Shown here piece after piece: positions 9,242-18,888 of a stretch of DNA of 64,000 bases. Position 1 is the first letter of the stretch, and every line of letters starts with the position of its first letter. The position numbers and the translations under genes were made by a program. Origin of the DNA: Candidatus Omnitrophota bacterium (lineage in GTDB: Bacteria; Omnitrophota; Gorgyraeia; Zapsychrales; Zapsychraceae); contig JANQMA010000013.1 of NCBI GenBank assembly GCA_028280285.1, positions 5,355-69,354 on the forward strand, written 5' to 3'. The notes under the pieces are model-generated. The model was not told where the DNA came from and did no database searches. It worked only from the letters and a program-made list of their open reading frames with translations.

Positions 9242-10446
9242 TGATCCTCACTTGCTTTAAAAATTAGGCTGATTGTTGCTCCTGTCGTGTCGTTATTTTT
9301 AGCACTAATAAAAGCATCGTGCCTGTCCATTATATTCTTAACAACCGAAAGCCCAAGCCCAACGCCGCCTTTGGCCCGTTTGGTCGTAAAAAACGGCTCA
9401 AAAATATGCTTTAATTTATCAGCCTCAATACCGCATCCGTCATCCTGAATCTGAATAATCACTACAGCCTGAGAATTATCCGTATTGCGCCCATCAAACG
9501 TGCCGCAAGTATTTTTTGCCTCAGCCATGGTTGAGGCGAATGTTTTAATCACAATGGCGCCGTTTTTATCAATGGCATGTTCGGCATTTAAAAGAACATT
9601 TAAAATGACCTGATCAATACGATTAGAATCAACGCTGATATTTGGAAGATTCTTCGTATATTCTTTCTTTATTTTAATAAGTTTTTTTTCAAATTGGAAG
9701 GAAATTAAACTTAAAGATTTATCGATCAAATCGTTTATATTGACGAGCTTTGTTTCAACCTCCTTGAGCGCCGCAAAATCTAAAAGATCCATAATGATAT
9801 TATCCGCCCTCTGTGTTGCTTCTCTGATATTATTCACCACGGTATCAAAATTTTTATTGTCGGACTTCACATGGTCCGATAAATAAGTCACCCCGTAAAG
9901 AATAGTGGAAAGCGGATTTTTAACTTCATGGGCAATGCCTGTAGCCAGGCCTCCAACAACCTTCATCTTTTCGGCCTCAATTAAATGCTCTTGCGCTTCT
10001 TGCAAAGCCGTATAAGCGCTCTTTAATTCCGCTTCAATTCTTTTTCGCTCAATGGCATAGTAAATAGTTTTACTGAGAATGTAGGCTGTATACATTCCCT
10101 TAACAAGAAAATCTTCAGCCCCCGCCGCAACGGCCTTAAGCCCCATTTCTTCTTCATTCGCCCCTGTATTAACCACAATAGGCAGCTCAGGAGCTATACG
10201 CGAAATTTGTGTGACCGTATCAATCCCGGCACTATCAGGCAGGTTTAGATCAAGGATAATCGCATCATAAGATTTTTGCCCTATAAACTGCAAGGCCTCA
10301 GAGACAGTGCCTGCCGTATCCAAATCTTTAACAATATGCGCCATGTTTTTAAGCATGGATTCTAAAAGGCGCGTATCAACGGGATTATCTTCAGCGATAA
10401 GAAGGGTAAGCGGTTTTTGTTGATTATTTTCAACGGACAAGGTCAC
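9238..10446 (-). CDS. Hybrid sensor histidine kinase (N-terminal receiver + HisKA + HATPase_c)
   Basis: Receiver LLIAEDNPVDTRLL...ILDLNLPDSAG; H-box GIAHEVKNPLSTI; ATPase G-boxes DDGCGI and GGVGLGLS. Confidence 0.85.
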   Translation of the reverse strand: MTLSVENNQQKPLTLLIAEDNPVDTRLLESMLKNMAHIVKDLDTAGTVSEALQFIGQKSYDAIILDLNLPDSAGIDTVTQISRIAPELPIVVNTGANEEEMGLKAVAAGAEDFLVKGMYTAYILSKTIYYAIERKRIEAELKSAYTALQEAQEHLIEAEKMKVVGGLATGIAHEVKNPLSTILYGVTYLSDHVKSDNKNFDTVVNNIREATQRADNIIMDLLDFAALKEVETKLVNINDLIDKSLSLISFQFEKKLIKIKKEYTKNLPNISVDSNRIDQVILNVLLNAEHAIDKNGAIVIKTFASTMAEAKNTCGTFDGRNTDNSQAVVIIQIQDDGCGIEADKLKHIFEPFFTTKRAKGGVGLGLSVVKNIMDRHDAFISAKNNDTTGATISLIFKASEDQ

Positions 10447-10447
10447 A

Positions 10448-10879
10448 TTAGCCTCTTATTGTTTCATCAACCAAGTTGTTGTGACTGCCAATAACAACCC
10501 AATGGGCTTCATTCTTTTTCCATGTCATTGTATAGCGGCGGATTACTCTTTTCCCACCTTCAACATTTTTTTCGATCGTAAAGATAAAATATTGCACAAT
10601 GGCAATATCATCATGAATTTCAATCGCAATCGGCCGAAGTTCACAAATGATAATCTCCGTCGATTTGGTCCAGAACCCAACCCATTTTTCAAGCCATGGG
10701 CGATCGATATTGATCGGACTTTCGTGGCCAAACCCTAGAAAGTCAGGGTGGATATACTTGATAAACTCATCCACACGTTTACTGATGAGATGTTCCCAAT
10801 GTTTTTCAATCGAATCCCAAACGCTGTTTTGTTCATCCGTCCAATCGGAAGGTTTATTTGAAGTTAAATCAGACATCAC
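10448..10879 (-). CDS. Hypothetical protein, possibly NTF2/SnoaL-like fold
   Basis: 143 aa, rich in Trp/His and soluble. It is the first gene of the kinase/regulator operon, separated from the kinase by a 1-nt gap. Its composition resembles NTF2-like proteins, but no definitive motif is present. Confidence 0.35.
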   Translation of the reverse strand: MMSDLTSNKPSDWTDEQNSVWDSIEKHWEHLISKRVDEFIKYIHPDFLGFGHESPINIDRPWLEKWVGFWTKSTEIIICELRPIAIEIHDDIAIVQYFIFTIEKNVEGGKRVIRRYTMTWKKNEAHWVVIGSHNNLVDETIRG

Positions 10880-10934
10880 GCCTCCTCAATTATTGATAAA
10901 ATTCACTCAATCTTAACAGATCATCTATTAGGTT

Positions 10935-11339
10935 TCAATGCTCTTCTAAGGCGCCCTTAATCTGATCGGCCATGGCCGCAAGCTCTTCTTGTCCGGCCTC
11001 TTTGGCATTGGCAAAATTTAAATCAGGTATTCCGCTTATCGGGATTAAATGAATATGCGTATGCGGCACCTCTAAGCCGGCAACCATAAGGCCTACCCTT
11101 TTTTGTGGGGTTACCTGATCAATAGCCTTGGCGACTTTTTTAGCAAAAATCAATATGCCGCCTAAAGTCTCCTCATCATTATCAAATATATAATCAATCT
11201 CTCTTTTAGGAATAACTAATGTGTGGCCCGGGTTAATTGGTTTGACATCCAAAAAAGCAAAAAAACGCTCATCTTCTAAAATCTTATGGCACGGTATTTC
11301 ACCTTGAATAATTTTTGTAAAAAGTCCGGACATGCCCAC
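10935..11339 (-). CDS. HIT-family (histidine triad) nucleotide hydrolase
   Basis: HTHIHLIP histidine-triad motif plus the N-terminal FxKIIxGEIP region. Confidence 0.85.
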   Translation of the reverse strand: MGMSGLFTKIIQGEIPCHKILEDERFFAFLDVKPINPGHTLVIPKREIDYIFDNDEETLGGILIFAKKVAKAIDQVTPQKRVGLMVAGLEVPHTHIHLIPISGIPDLNFANAKEAGQEELAAMADQIKGALEEH

Positions 11340-11344
11340 CCTCC

Positions 11345-12136
11345 TTACTTATTTTTATCTTCCTCTTCAAAGACAGGAAATTTACCTATTAAAGCATTTT
11401 CAACTAAATCTTTAACCTTTTCACTAAAATTTGATGATAAAATCCACTCTAAATACCCTCTATCTTTTTTGACCAACTCTTGCAGACTATATTTGCCCGC
11501 ATACTTACCGAACATGACATACAATTTTTTGTTCCACCAGCGGAATTTACGATTATCATCATAAAATTCAGAAGACGGCTTATAATTAAATTGACCTAAA
11601 TCATCCAGGCCTCCATCAGCTCCGATATATTGATCAACTTGTTGAGTCAGAATATCAAGCGTAGCCTCGGTATCCGCCATGGCCGAATGGGCATTTTCCA
11701 ATCTCTTATCACAATAAAATTTGTAAGCCGCTGTTAAATCACGCGGCTCTTTAAGATGATATATTTTTTGTGCATCAAACACCTTATGCGTTTGCCATTT
11801 AAACTCCAGCCCCCCTTCATTGCATTCACGTTCCAGGAGCGGCAAATCAAACCGGATTAAATTAAACCCTGCCAAATCAGACTCGCCGATAAAGTCAATC
11901 ACTTCCTGGGCCAAATCCTTAAAAACGGGCGCATCATGCACATCCGCATCGGTAATACCTGTTAACAGTGTTACGTCTTTGGGGATTGATATTTGAGGAT
12001 TAACGCGTTTTTCGTATGTTTGCCTCTGACCGTCACGTGTGACTTTGATAAGCGCGATCTCGATTATTTTGTCCCTTTCAACCCATGTACCGGTGGTCTC
12101 TAAGTCTAAAACAACCAAATCATTAGTCAATTGCAT
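11345..12136 (-). CDS. DEDDh 3'-5' exonuclease (DnaQ/epsilon-like) with C-terminal extension
   Basis: Exo I motif VVLDLETTG, Exo III motif HSAMADTEAT (H-x4-D); 263 aa. Confidence 0.8.
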   Translation of the reverse strand: MQLTNDLVVLDLETTGTWVERDKIIEIALIKVTRDGQRQTYEKRVNPQISIPKDVTLLTGITDADVHDAPVFKDLAQEVIDFIGESDLAGFNLIRFDLPLLERECNEGGLEFKWQTHKVFDAQKIYHLKEPRDLTAAYKFYCDKRLENAHSAMADTEATLDILTQQVDQYIGADGGLDDLGQFNYKPSSEFYDDNRKFRWWNKKLYVMFGKYAGKYSLQELVKKDRGYLEWILSSNFSEKVKDLVENALIGKFPVFEEEDKNK

Positions 12137-12158
12137 GCTGTACCTTTCTATGCTGCGG

Positions 12159-12204
12159 AATAAAAAACCCCGGCCGCTTTGCTGTACAAAGCGAAGCAGC
12201 CGGG
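12159..12204 (-). terminator. Rho-independent terminator downstream of the cold-shock gene
   Basis: Minus-strand hairpin CCCCGGCtgcttcgcttt/aaagcGGCCGGGG (outer 7-bp GC stem plus inner GCTTTG/CAAAGC stem), followed by a U-run (plus-strand A6 at 12161-12166). Confidence 0.6.
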
Positions 12205-12220
12205 GTTGGATAAAACTTAT

Positions 12221-12421
12221 CTAAATGCGCACAACGTTTTGTGCTTGATCGCCTTTTGGCCCATCAATAACTTCAAATTCAACATCCTGACCTTCGTCAA
12301 GCGACTTGTATCCTTCCCCTTGGATTGCGGAATAGTGAACAAAGACATCACTTCCTTCCTCATTGGTAATAAACCCATATCCTTTAGGATTGCTAAACCA
12401 TTTTACTTTCCCTTTGGCCAT
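12221..12421 (-). CDS. Cold-shock protein (CspA family)
   Basis: 66 aa; [16 protein letters not shown] (RNP1) and VFVHYSAI (RNP2). Confidence 0.95.
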   Translation of the reverse strand: MAKGKVKWFSNPKGYGFITNEEGSDVFVHYSAIQGEGYKSLDEGQDVEFEVIDGPKGDQAQNVVRI

Positions 12422-12456
12422 TTGACGTCTCCTCTGTTAATCATTGTACTTGTGTT

Positions 12457-12503
12457 CAAACAAAAACCCCAGTCGCTTTGTCGCCTAAGCAAAGCAGCCG
12501 GGG
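12457..12503 (-). terminator. Second, sequence-related terminator-like hairpin (rnd terminator and/or attenuator in the csp leader)
   Basis: Hairpin CCCCGGCTGCTTTG...CAAAGCGACTGGGG on the minus-strand RNA, followed by UUUUUGUUU. It shares AAGCAGCCGGGG and CGCTTTG blocks with the 12159-12204 hairpin. Confidence 0.5.
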
Positions 12504-12616
12504 AAAATTGATCACATCTAAAACTAAAACAAACTTGTTTAACAAACGTTCCATAAATAATTCTGTATCAGCGTTTTATCTGTTATCAGTATCGCGAAAA
12601 TAGAAAGTATTGTCAA

Positions 12617-13774
12617 TTAAATATTCACAAATTTTACTTCAAAACTCCCAATACTCTCGAACACTTCCTTCAAAATATCTTTTTGCCAGCTCATTAAATC
12701 TACCTTTTTAAAGGCCGCCTTAAAACCTAAATTTTTTTGCATTTTAAGAAATATCGTCAAATCGCTATTCGAAACAATTAAAGAAGGCCTTAAGCCGAGA
12801 TCTTTTGCCTTTTTATTTATCTGCGATTTAACTAAAGTAAAATACTCTTTACTAATAACCCTGACAGGCCTTTCCTCTGTTTTTTTCTCCGGCCATTTTT
12901 CCTGTGGCATTTGCGCTGCCTTTTCTAATTGCTTTAAAATGCTTACATGATAATCCTGCTTCACATTTTTAGGCACTTTAAACTCATGTCGAATAATTTT
13001 AGAGCGACACTGTACGGCAATTTGAGTAAATCGCAAAAGAAATTGATTCGACATAATTTTAAAACTCGGCTTATCCTGTTTTCGCGCCTCCTGATCTCTC
13101 CATGTCCATAGATGCTTTAAATAATTAAGCTCTTTACGTTCGAGAACTCCTGACCCTTTAATGCGCCAGACTTCTTCCCGTTTTTTTTGAACTTTAACCG
13201 ACCGGGCAACTTTTTGACACCACTCTTCATGCCAGGACTCACGCCCCAATTCTTTCAACTTTTCTTTCAGCATGCGGTGTAAGTCAATTAAATACGCAAC
13301 ATCTGTCCCAGCGTACAACAATTGTTTTTCTGATAATGGACGCTTACCCCAATTGGATTTCTGACTTGATTTAGAGATAGTTTGATCGAAATATTCTTCG
13401 AGAAGTGCGGCAAGACTAAAGGCCGTATTACCTAATAATTCCGCAGCAAGCATGGTGTCAAATACGCCTACTTGCGGATCAAATCCGTAATGGATATAAA
13501 GCATACGCAAATCATAGTCAGCCCCGTGGAGTACAAGCAACTTGTCTTTGAGGCATGCAAAAAGATCCTGACAATTTAAATCATCTAAAGGATCAATAAT
13601 AAAAATATTTTGTGAAGTGGCTAACTGGATAAGACATACTTTATCCTTGTACGAATAAAGGCTGCTCCCTTCGGTATCAAGAGCGATCACAGACTCGGCG
13701 CCAATACGTGCAATACATTGATCGAGAAGCTCTTTCGAGTCAACATACGTATAGTGAACATCCGCCACAGACAT
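12617..13774 (-). CDS. rnd: Ribonuclease D (3'-5' exonuclease + HRDC)
   Basis: DEDDy exonuclease motifs IALDTEGSSL and LIQLAT, with Y-x3-D near AGTDVAYL; C-terminal HRDC-like region; 385 aa. Confidence 0.8.
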   Translation of the reverse strand: MSVADVHYTYVDSKELLDQCIARIGAESVIALDTEGSSLYSYKDKVCLIQLATSQNIFIIDPLDDLNCQDLFACLKDKLLVLHGADYDLRMLYIHYGFDPQVGVFDTMLAAELLGNTAFSLAALLEEYFDQTISKSSQKSNWGKRPLSEKQLLYAGTDVAYLIDLHRMLKEKLKELGRESWHEEWCQKVARSVKVQKKREEVWRIKGSGVLERKELNYLKHLWTWRDQEARKQDKPSFKIMSNQFLLRFTQIAVQCRSKIIRHEFKVPKNVKQDYHVSILKQLEKAAQMPQEKWPEKKTEERPVRVISKEYFTLVKSQINKKAKDLGLRPSLIVSNSDLTIFLKMQKNLGFKAAFKKVDLMSWQKDILKEVFESIGSFEVKFVNI

Positions 13775-13779
13775 AACGA

Positions 13780-15150
13780 TTATGCCTTCTCTTTAAAATA
13801 CTGGTCAACGAGCTTGACCGCAGCGCCAGTATAGGCATCAGGAGTCAATTGTTTCATCGTCTCTTTGACATCTTCGGGAACGCATTTAAGCGAATCAATA
13901 AACACCGCTAATTCAGACGCAGTTATTTTAGATCCCCGTGTCAATTCTTTAAGTTTCTCATAAGGATTCTCTTCGCCGTAAACACGCATAACCGTTTGAA
14001 CCGGCTCTGCCAGAAGCTCCCAATTAACCTCTAACTCTTTGGCTATAACATCTTTACTAATATCAACTTTGTTGAGTCCTTTAAGCGTCGACTTAACCCC
14101 AAGCAAAACATATCCGAACACAGCGCCTAAATTTCGCAAAACCGTGCTGTCTGTCAAATCCCTTTGCATACGCGAATTAAGCAGCTTAACCGCCATATGA
14201 TTCATAAGTGCAATCGCCAACCCCAGATTACCTTCTGCATTCTCAAAATCAATCGGATTTACCTTGTGTGGCATGGTGGATGAACCCACTTCACCACTTT
14301 TAAGCTTCTGTTTAAAATAATTGATAGATATGTAGTTCCACATATCCCGATCCAAATCAATGATAATCGAAGAAAGCCGCACAAGGCTGTGCAGTATGCG
14401 AGCGATATAGCTGTAAGAATTGATCTGTGTGGTGTATTTAAGCTGTTTAAGCCCTAGGTATTCTTTGAGAAAAGTTTGTGTCTGCGCAGGCCAGTCAATA
14501 TCCGTATATGCAGCTAAATGCGCATTAAAGTTACCTGTTGCTCCATTGATTTTACCTTCAACCGCTATACCATTAAGAAGAATCAGTTCATCGTTTATAC
14601 GGGCGGCAAAATTGATAAATTCTTTACCCACGGTTGTTGGACTCGCTGGCTGACCATGCGTGCGCGACATCATGGCAATATTTTTATTATCATGGGCCAA
14701 TTGTTCTAATTTAATTAAAAGCGCCTCCAGTTCCTTTACAACAACCCCCCGCCCCTCTTGGATCATTAAACAATAGGCCAAATTATTAATATCCTCGGAG
14801 GTGCAGGCAAAATGAACCCACTCTTTAATCGAAGAAAGCCCTAATGCATCCAACTGCTCCTTGATATAGTACTCAACCGCCTTAACATCATGATTGGTTG
14901 TTGCCTCGATGGCTTTAATGGCCGCTGCGCTTTCACCATCAAATTTATCCGCAATAGATAAGATATTTTTATAATCTGCATCCGCCGCTTCAAATAAGTT
15001 GAGCCCTTTGGAAAGAAACACCAGCCACTGGCATTCCACATAAACACGACGTTTATGCAGACCAAACTCGGAAAATATAGGCGTTAATTCCTTTATTTTG
15101 TCACAATAACGCCCGTCTAACGCACTTAACGATTGGATATTCTCATTCAT
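13780..15150 (-). CDS. purB: Adenylosuccinate lyase
   Basis: 456 aa; fumarate-lyase signature GSSTMPHKVNPIDFENAEGN; N-terminus SALDGRY typical of PurB. Confidence 0.9.
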   Translation of the reverse strand: MNENIQSLSALDGRYCDKIKELTPIFSEFGLHKRRVYVECQWLVFLSKGLNLFEAADADYKNILSIADKFDGESAAAIKAIEATTNHDVKAVEYYIKEQLDALGLSSIKEWVHFACTSEDINNLAYCLMIQEGRGVVVKELEALLIKLEQLAHDNKNIAMMSRTHGQPASPTTVGKEFINFAARINDELILLNGIAVEGKINGATGNFNAHLAAYTDIDWPAQTQTFLKEYLGLKQLKYTTQINSYSYIARILHSLVRLSSIIIDLDRDMWNYISINYFKQKLKSGEVGSSTMPHKVNPIDFENAEGNLGLAIALMNHMAVKLLNSRMQRDLTDSTVLRNLGAVFGYVLLGVKSTLKGLNKVDISKDVIAKELEVNWELLAEPVQTVMRVYGEENPYEKLKELTRGSKITASELAVFIDSLKCVPEDVKETMKQLTPDAYTGAAVKLVDQYFKEKA

Positions 15151-15245
15151 TGATTATGTATCTTTATTTAGGCTTTTTATCAACTAATCAAAGCTATGTT
15201 AAAATTATGAACATCAATTTTAACTGATATATATAGAAAGTCAAA

Positions 15246-16334
15246 TTAAGGTTTGCGGGCTTGATCCAAAAACTTCATAATCTCAGCCACGACAATCTTA
15301 TTGCCTTTTTCATTCAAATGAAAGTCACGCGGCGGGCCATTATAAAGCTCTAAAACATTGTCTTTATGTGCTTTAAATACCTCGATCAGATTAATATAAG
15401 CAATTTGATTAACCTCAAGGAAATTAATTAAGATGTCTTCATGACGGTTTTGTGGTTGATCAAAGACAGAAACCAACTCCGGCTGAATCAGATAAATCAT
15501 TGTAATACCTCGATCACTTAAATACCGGTGAATCTGCCCTAAATAGGCTAAATGCTCCTGCCAATACGGCGCTAAATCATCTGCATAAGGATCCCTAATG
15601 GATTGACAGGCATGATAATGCCATGACGCATAAAGGGAATCTTCAAGTGTACCGTGCTCTTCTTTGAGTATGTTCTTAACGCGGGGATCATCAATCTTAC
15701 TCAACCAGCGGTTATATTTAGACTGCACATATAGTCCTAAAATAGAACGGAAAAAATTAGATTTCACCCACCACTTTTCAGGAGCATCATTTTTAATCTC
15801 TTCATAAAAAGGCACCTCTCGGCGCAAATCGTCTAAATCATTTCCAAAAAAGTTTATAATAACAATGTGCGGATCAAGCTGAATGCCTTTTTCTTTTAAA
15901 TAATACCAATGATCTTTAATGCCCGTATTTCCAATTCCGGCATTCAGCACAAGCGTACCGGTACTATTTAATTCTTGTTGAAGCAAATAAGGATACGTTT
16001 TATCATCATCAACAAATAGTCCAAACGTAAAGGAATCACCTATGCAGAGAATTCTTTGCTTGTATTCATCCGGATTCTTAAACGAGCTTATAACACCTGT
16101 ATCTCTTAAACCCAAATCATTGATCGTCGCTTCATACGGTTTATGCCCGGGAAATAGAAGACGTTTTTGTTGATTCGGCTCAAAATATCCGAAACTCAGC
16201 TTTGCGCTTTTTTCATCAACCATATCCAATTTGAAATAGTTGTTTCCGGCAAATAGACCACAAAAAAGTTCAATCGCAATAAATAAAACACCCCAAATAA
16301 AAAACAGAAAAAATAATGGTTTTAGTATTTTCAT
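15246..16334 (-). CDS. Membrane-anchored SGNH/GDSL-family hydrolase
   Basis: N-terminal transmembrane helix, block I ILCIGDSFTFG (GDS), block III GxND (FFGNDLDD). It overlaps the upstream radical SAM gene by 4 nt. Confidence 0.65.
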   Translation of the reverse strand: MKILKPLFFLFFIWGVLFIAIELFCGLFAGNNYFKLDMVDEKSAKLSFGYFEPNQQKRLLFPGHKPYEATINDLGLRDTGVISSFKNPDEYKQRILCIGDSFTFGLFVDDDKTYPYLLQQELNSTGTLVLNAGIGNTGIKDHWYYLKEKGIQLDPHIVIINFFGNDLDDLRREVPFYEEIKNDAPEKWWVKSNFFRSILGLYVQSKYNRWLSKIDDPRVKNILKEEHGTLEDSLYASWHYHACQSIRDPYADDLAPYWQEHLAYLGQIHRYLSDRGITMIYLIQPELVSVFDQPQNRHEDILINFLEVNQIAYINLIEVFKAHKDNVLELYNGPPRDFHLNEKGNKIVVAEIMKFLDQARKP

Positions 16335-17698
16335 TTTTTTGTAAACGGGAAGGTCTGGCAGGAGCTACACAAAGATTTTTCTTCCATGCATAAATAAAGT
16401 TTGACATCAGAGTGGTGCTGACGAATCCATTTAGTCATATTTTGATAGATAGTTGAACGGGTACGGTGATCATAACGTATCTTTTGATCATGACCCAAAA
16501 TCATTTCTTCATCTAATATAGTATTATCCGGAAAACGGTTTTCAATTGCTTTACGTAAACTGTTGGTCATGCGCAGCGTCCCCAAACTGAGCCAGGCAAT
16601 ACTTTTGGGAGAAATATTTTTATAGATCGTATCTATAATACGTTTATACTCCTTTTCAGCGCCTTCGTATTGAAAAATCGGATCAAAATGAAAGCCAACA
16701 GAATACCCTGCCTGGGCGCATTTAACCGCTGCCGCTATCCTCTCGTCAAAACTGGCCGTAAAATGTTCAATGCTGTTGGTTATTCGTGATGTGTTAATAC
16801 TCCAGGCGATAACAATATTCGCTGCCGCCTTGACCTTAAACAAGTTATCTATATTCACACTTTTTGTTTTAAATTCAAACTGACTACGGGGATAACCACG
16901 GAAAAACTCAACAATCTTTGGAGAATACTCTGTGATATGATCAAAGACAAGCGAATCGCTATACTCCCCACTTCCGATCCGAATATCTTGCCGGTATTTT
17001 TTAAATTCCTCAAAGAAATCATCAATATTCCCCGGTAAAACAATTCCAGGGGCATTAATAAAACCCTGTAGATAACAATAACTGCAGTCAAATGCACAAC
17101 CACTTCCCAAATTGACAATGTGCAGCCCGCAGGCAACTGTATGCGGTGAACATGGGCAATTTTTAAAAAAATCATATTTTTCACGCACAATATAAAAATG
17201 ATCGAGACGATTATTATAGTCTTTAATAGAATAGGATTTATTTTGAATAAACTGATTATACTGATCGATCACATGTGTTTTGGCCTGAGGAAAGTGTTGT
17301 TTAACACGCTTGGCTAAATCACTCGTTTCAACCTCTTTTTCAATATAGATGTTGGCTGGAGACAAAGTGCGCTTGGAAACATCGGCTTTTAAATCAGGGT
17401 CAATATCCACTTTACCCAAATAAAAATCTTTGGCCGGATATACTTTGCTTAGTGTGGGATACCGCCTGCTGACAAGGGCTTTTTTAACATCATGAAAATT
17501 AAGGCCACTAGTTGGCATTTGATCAATAATATCCCTCGCCTTAAATCCGTCGCGCTTGGTGATTTCATACAGCAGCCGGGCAATTTGGATCTGTTTTGTT
17601 TCCCCAAAATGGGCGAAAGAAGTCGCTACAATATTGTTAAGTTCTTTAATATCAGTCATAAATGAAAATTGGCGTTTAACAGGAAGGTATATTACCAC
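16331..17698 (-). CDS. Radical SAM protein, spore-photoproduct-lyase-like (COG1533-type), with a roughly 190-aa N-terminal extension
   Basis: CxxxCxxC cluster GCAFDCSYCYLQG at about residue 200. Overall length (455 aa) and downstream conservation are consistent with an SPL/DNA-repair radical SAM protein. Confidence 0.65.
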   Translation of the reverse strand: MVIYLPVKRQFSFMTDIKELNNIVATSFAHFGETKQIQIARLLYEITKRDGFKARDIIDQMPTSGLNFHDVKKALVSRRYPTLSKVYPAKDFYLGKVDIDPDLKADVSKRTLSPANIYIEKEVETSDLAKRVKQHFPQAKTHVIDQYNQFIQNKSYSIKDYNNRLDHFYIVREKYDFFKNCPCSPHTVACGLHIVNLGSGCAFDCSYCYLQGFINAPGIVLPGNIDDFFEEFKKYRQDIRIGSGEYSDSLVFDHITEYSPKIVEFFRGYPRSQFEFKTKSVNIDNLFKVKAAANIVIAWSINTSRITNSIEHFTASFDERIAAAVKCAQAGYSVGFHFDPIFQYEGAEKEYKRIIDTIYKNISPKSIAWLSLGTLRMTNSLRKAIENRFPDNTILDEEMILGHDQKIRYDHRTRSTIYQNMTKWIRQHHSDVKLYLCMEEKSLCSSCQTFPFTKK

Positions 17699-17727
17699 TC
17701 CTCGGGCTATTTAGGGGAATTTTTTGT

Positions 17728-18849
17728 TCAGCACTCTTTAAATAAAATACCGCCTTTTTCTGTCTGTTTAACCTCAAGCAGTGCCGCATCAGCTGTTTTA
17801 ATCAATTTTTTCGGGCTAATATTTTTGCCCGGAACAAATTGTGAAACACCAAAACTAGCGGAAACTTTGATTTTTTTTCCATCATGTTCAAAACTCAAAT
17901 TTTTAATCACATCAGAAATTGATATTAAGCGGTTGACGATTTGCTCAGGCTCTCCATCTCCAAAAAGCATCATAAACTCATCACCCCCGTAACGTCCGAT
18001 ATCTGTGCCTTCACGTACAGATTGTTTAACTGTCTTGATAATTTTTTTAAGAACAGCATCTCCAAATGTGTGACCTAAAGTATCATTTAAGTCTTTAAAA
18101 TGATCAATATCAAATATGATGAAATAAAACCCTTCATCGGTAAATATTGATTTTGTAATCCTTCGCTCCAGTCTTTTAATAAAATGTTTACGATTAAACG
18201 TTTGTGTCAGCCCGTCAATTTCGGCTTCCGTTTTAGCAGCCTCATAAGATCGCTCAAGCTTCTCTTCGCTTTCACGCAGCTTTTCACGTATCACAAACTC
18301 TTTTTCATACTGATTAGCATAAAGATTGCCGATGATGGCCATAAAAATCATTGTGGAGGTGAGAAAAAATAATGCATGAAACAAATAAAATAAGTCCACA
18401 GTTGCCGGCGACAAAAGCGTTGCAATAACATACATCGCCAGAATCCCAACATAGATGACAATGTTATACCCGGTGCGGAAACTATTAGCCATGAACATTC
18501 CTATAACAACCAGATTTAAACCCTGATAATAAGGACTAACAGAACCCTCCGTTATATTGATCATCAGACAAATACCGCCGGCTGTAAAAATACCGACAAA
18601 AATACAAAGCCACACAGCATATCGCGTAAAGTTGCTAAGTAAGGTCAAACAATAAATCGCCAATAAACCTGCCGTTACCGCCAGACGAATAATAAAAAAT
18701 AGGGCCAGAGGATAATTGCCATAGATAAAAAAGTCTAGAGCAAAAAAGGAAAGATACAAAACAATCGCAACTATTAACGCCAAACGTAGCCGGATAGTCG
18801 TTATTAAATTAATTTCTGTTAAGTATTTTGTTTGGAGCTGTTTATTCAC
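17728..18849 (-). CDS. Membrane-bound diguanylate cyclase (GGDEF)
   Basis: Five to six N-terminal transmembrane helices; GGDEF active site RYGGDEF; conserved DxLT and KxxND regions. Confidence 0.85.
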   Translation of the reverse strand: MNKQLQTKYLTEINLITTIRLRLALIVAIVLYLSFFALDFFIYGNYPLALFFIIRLAVTAGLLAIYCLTLLSNFTRYAVWLCIFVGIFTAGGICLMINITEGSVSPYYQGLNLVVIGMFMANSFRTGYNIVIYVGILAMYVIATLLSPATVDLFYLFHALFFLTSTMIFMAIIGNLYANQYEKEFVIREKLRESEEKLERSYEAAKTEAEIDGLTQTFNRKHFIKRLERRITKSIFTDEGFYFIIFDIDHFKDLNDTLGHTFGDAVLKKIIKTVKQSVREGTDIGRYGGDEFMMLFGDGEPEQIVNRLISISDVIKNLSFEHDGKKIKVSASFGVSQFVPGKNISPKKLIKTADAALLEVKQTEKGGILFKEC

Positions 18850-18888
18850 TTCTGTATCCCAGATGAGGGCAAATAGACGAAATCAACT

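Noticed and set aside
16855-17190. 111-aa minus-strand ORF overlapping the radical SAM gene in another frame, and similar nested ORFs (8638-8823, 10543-10731, 29699-29914, 31562-31765, 39275-39559)
   Set aside because: They are fully contained within longer, motif-supported ORFs on the same strand in a different frame, with no independent evidence.
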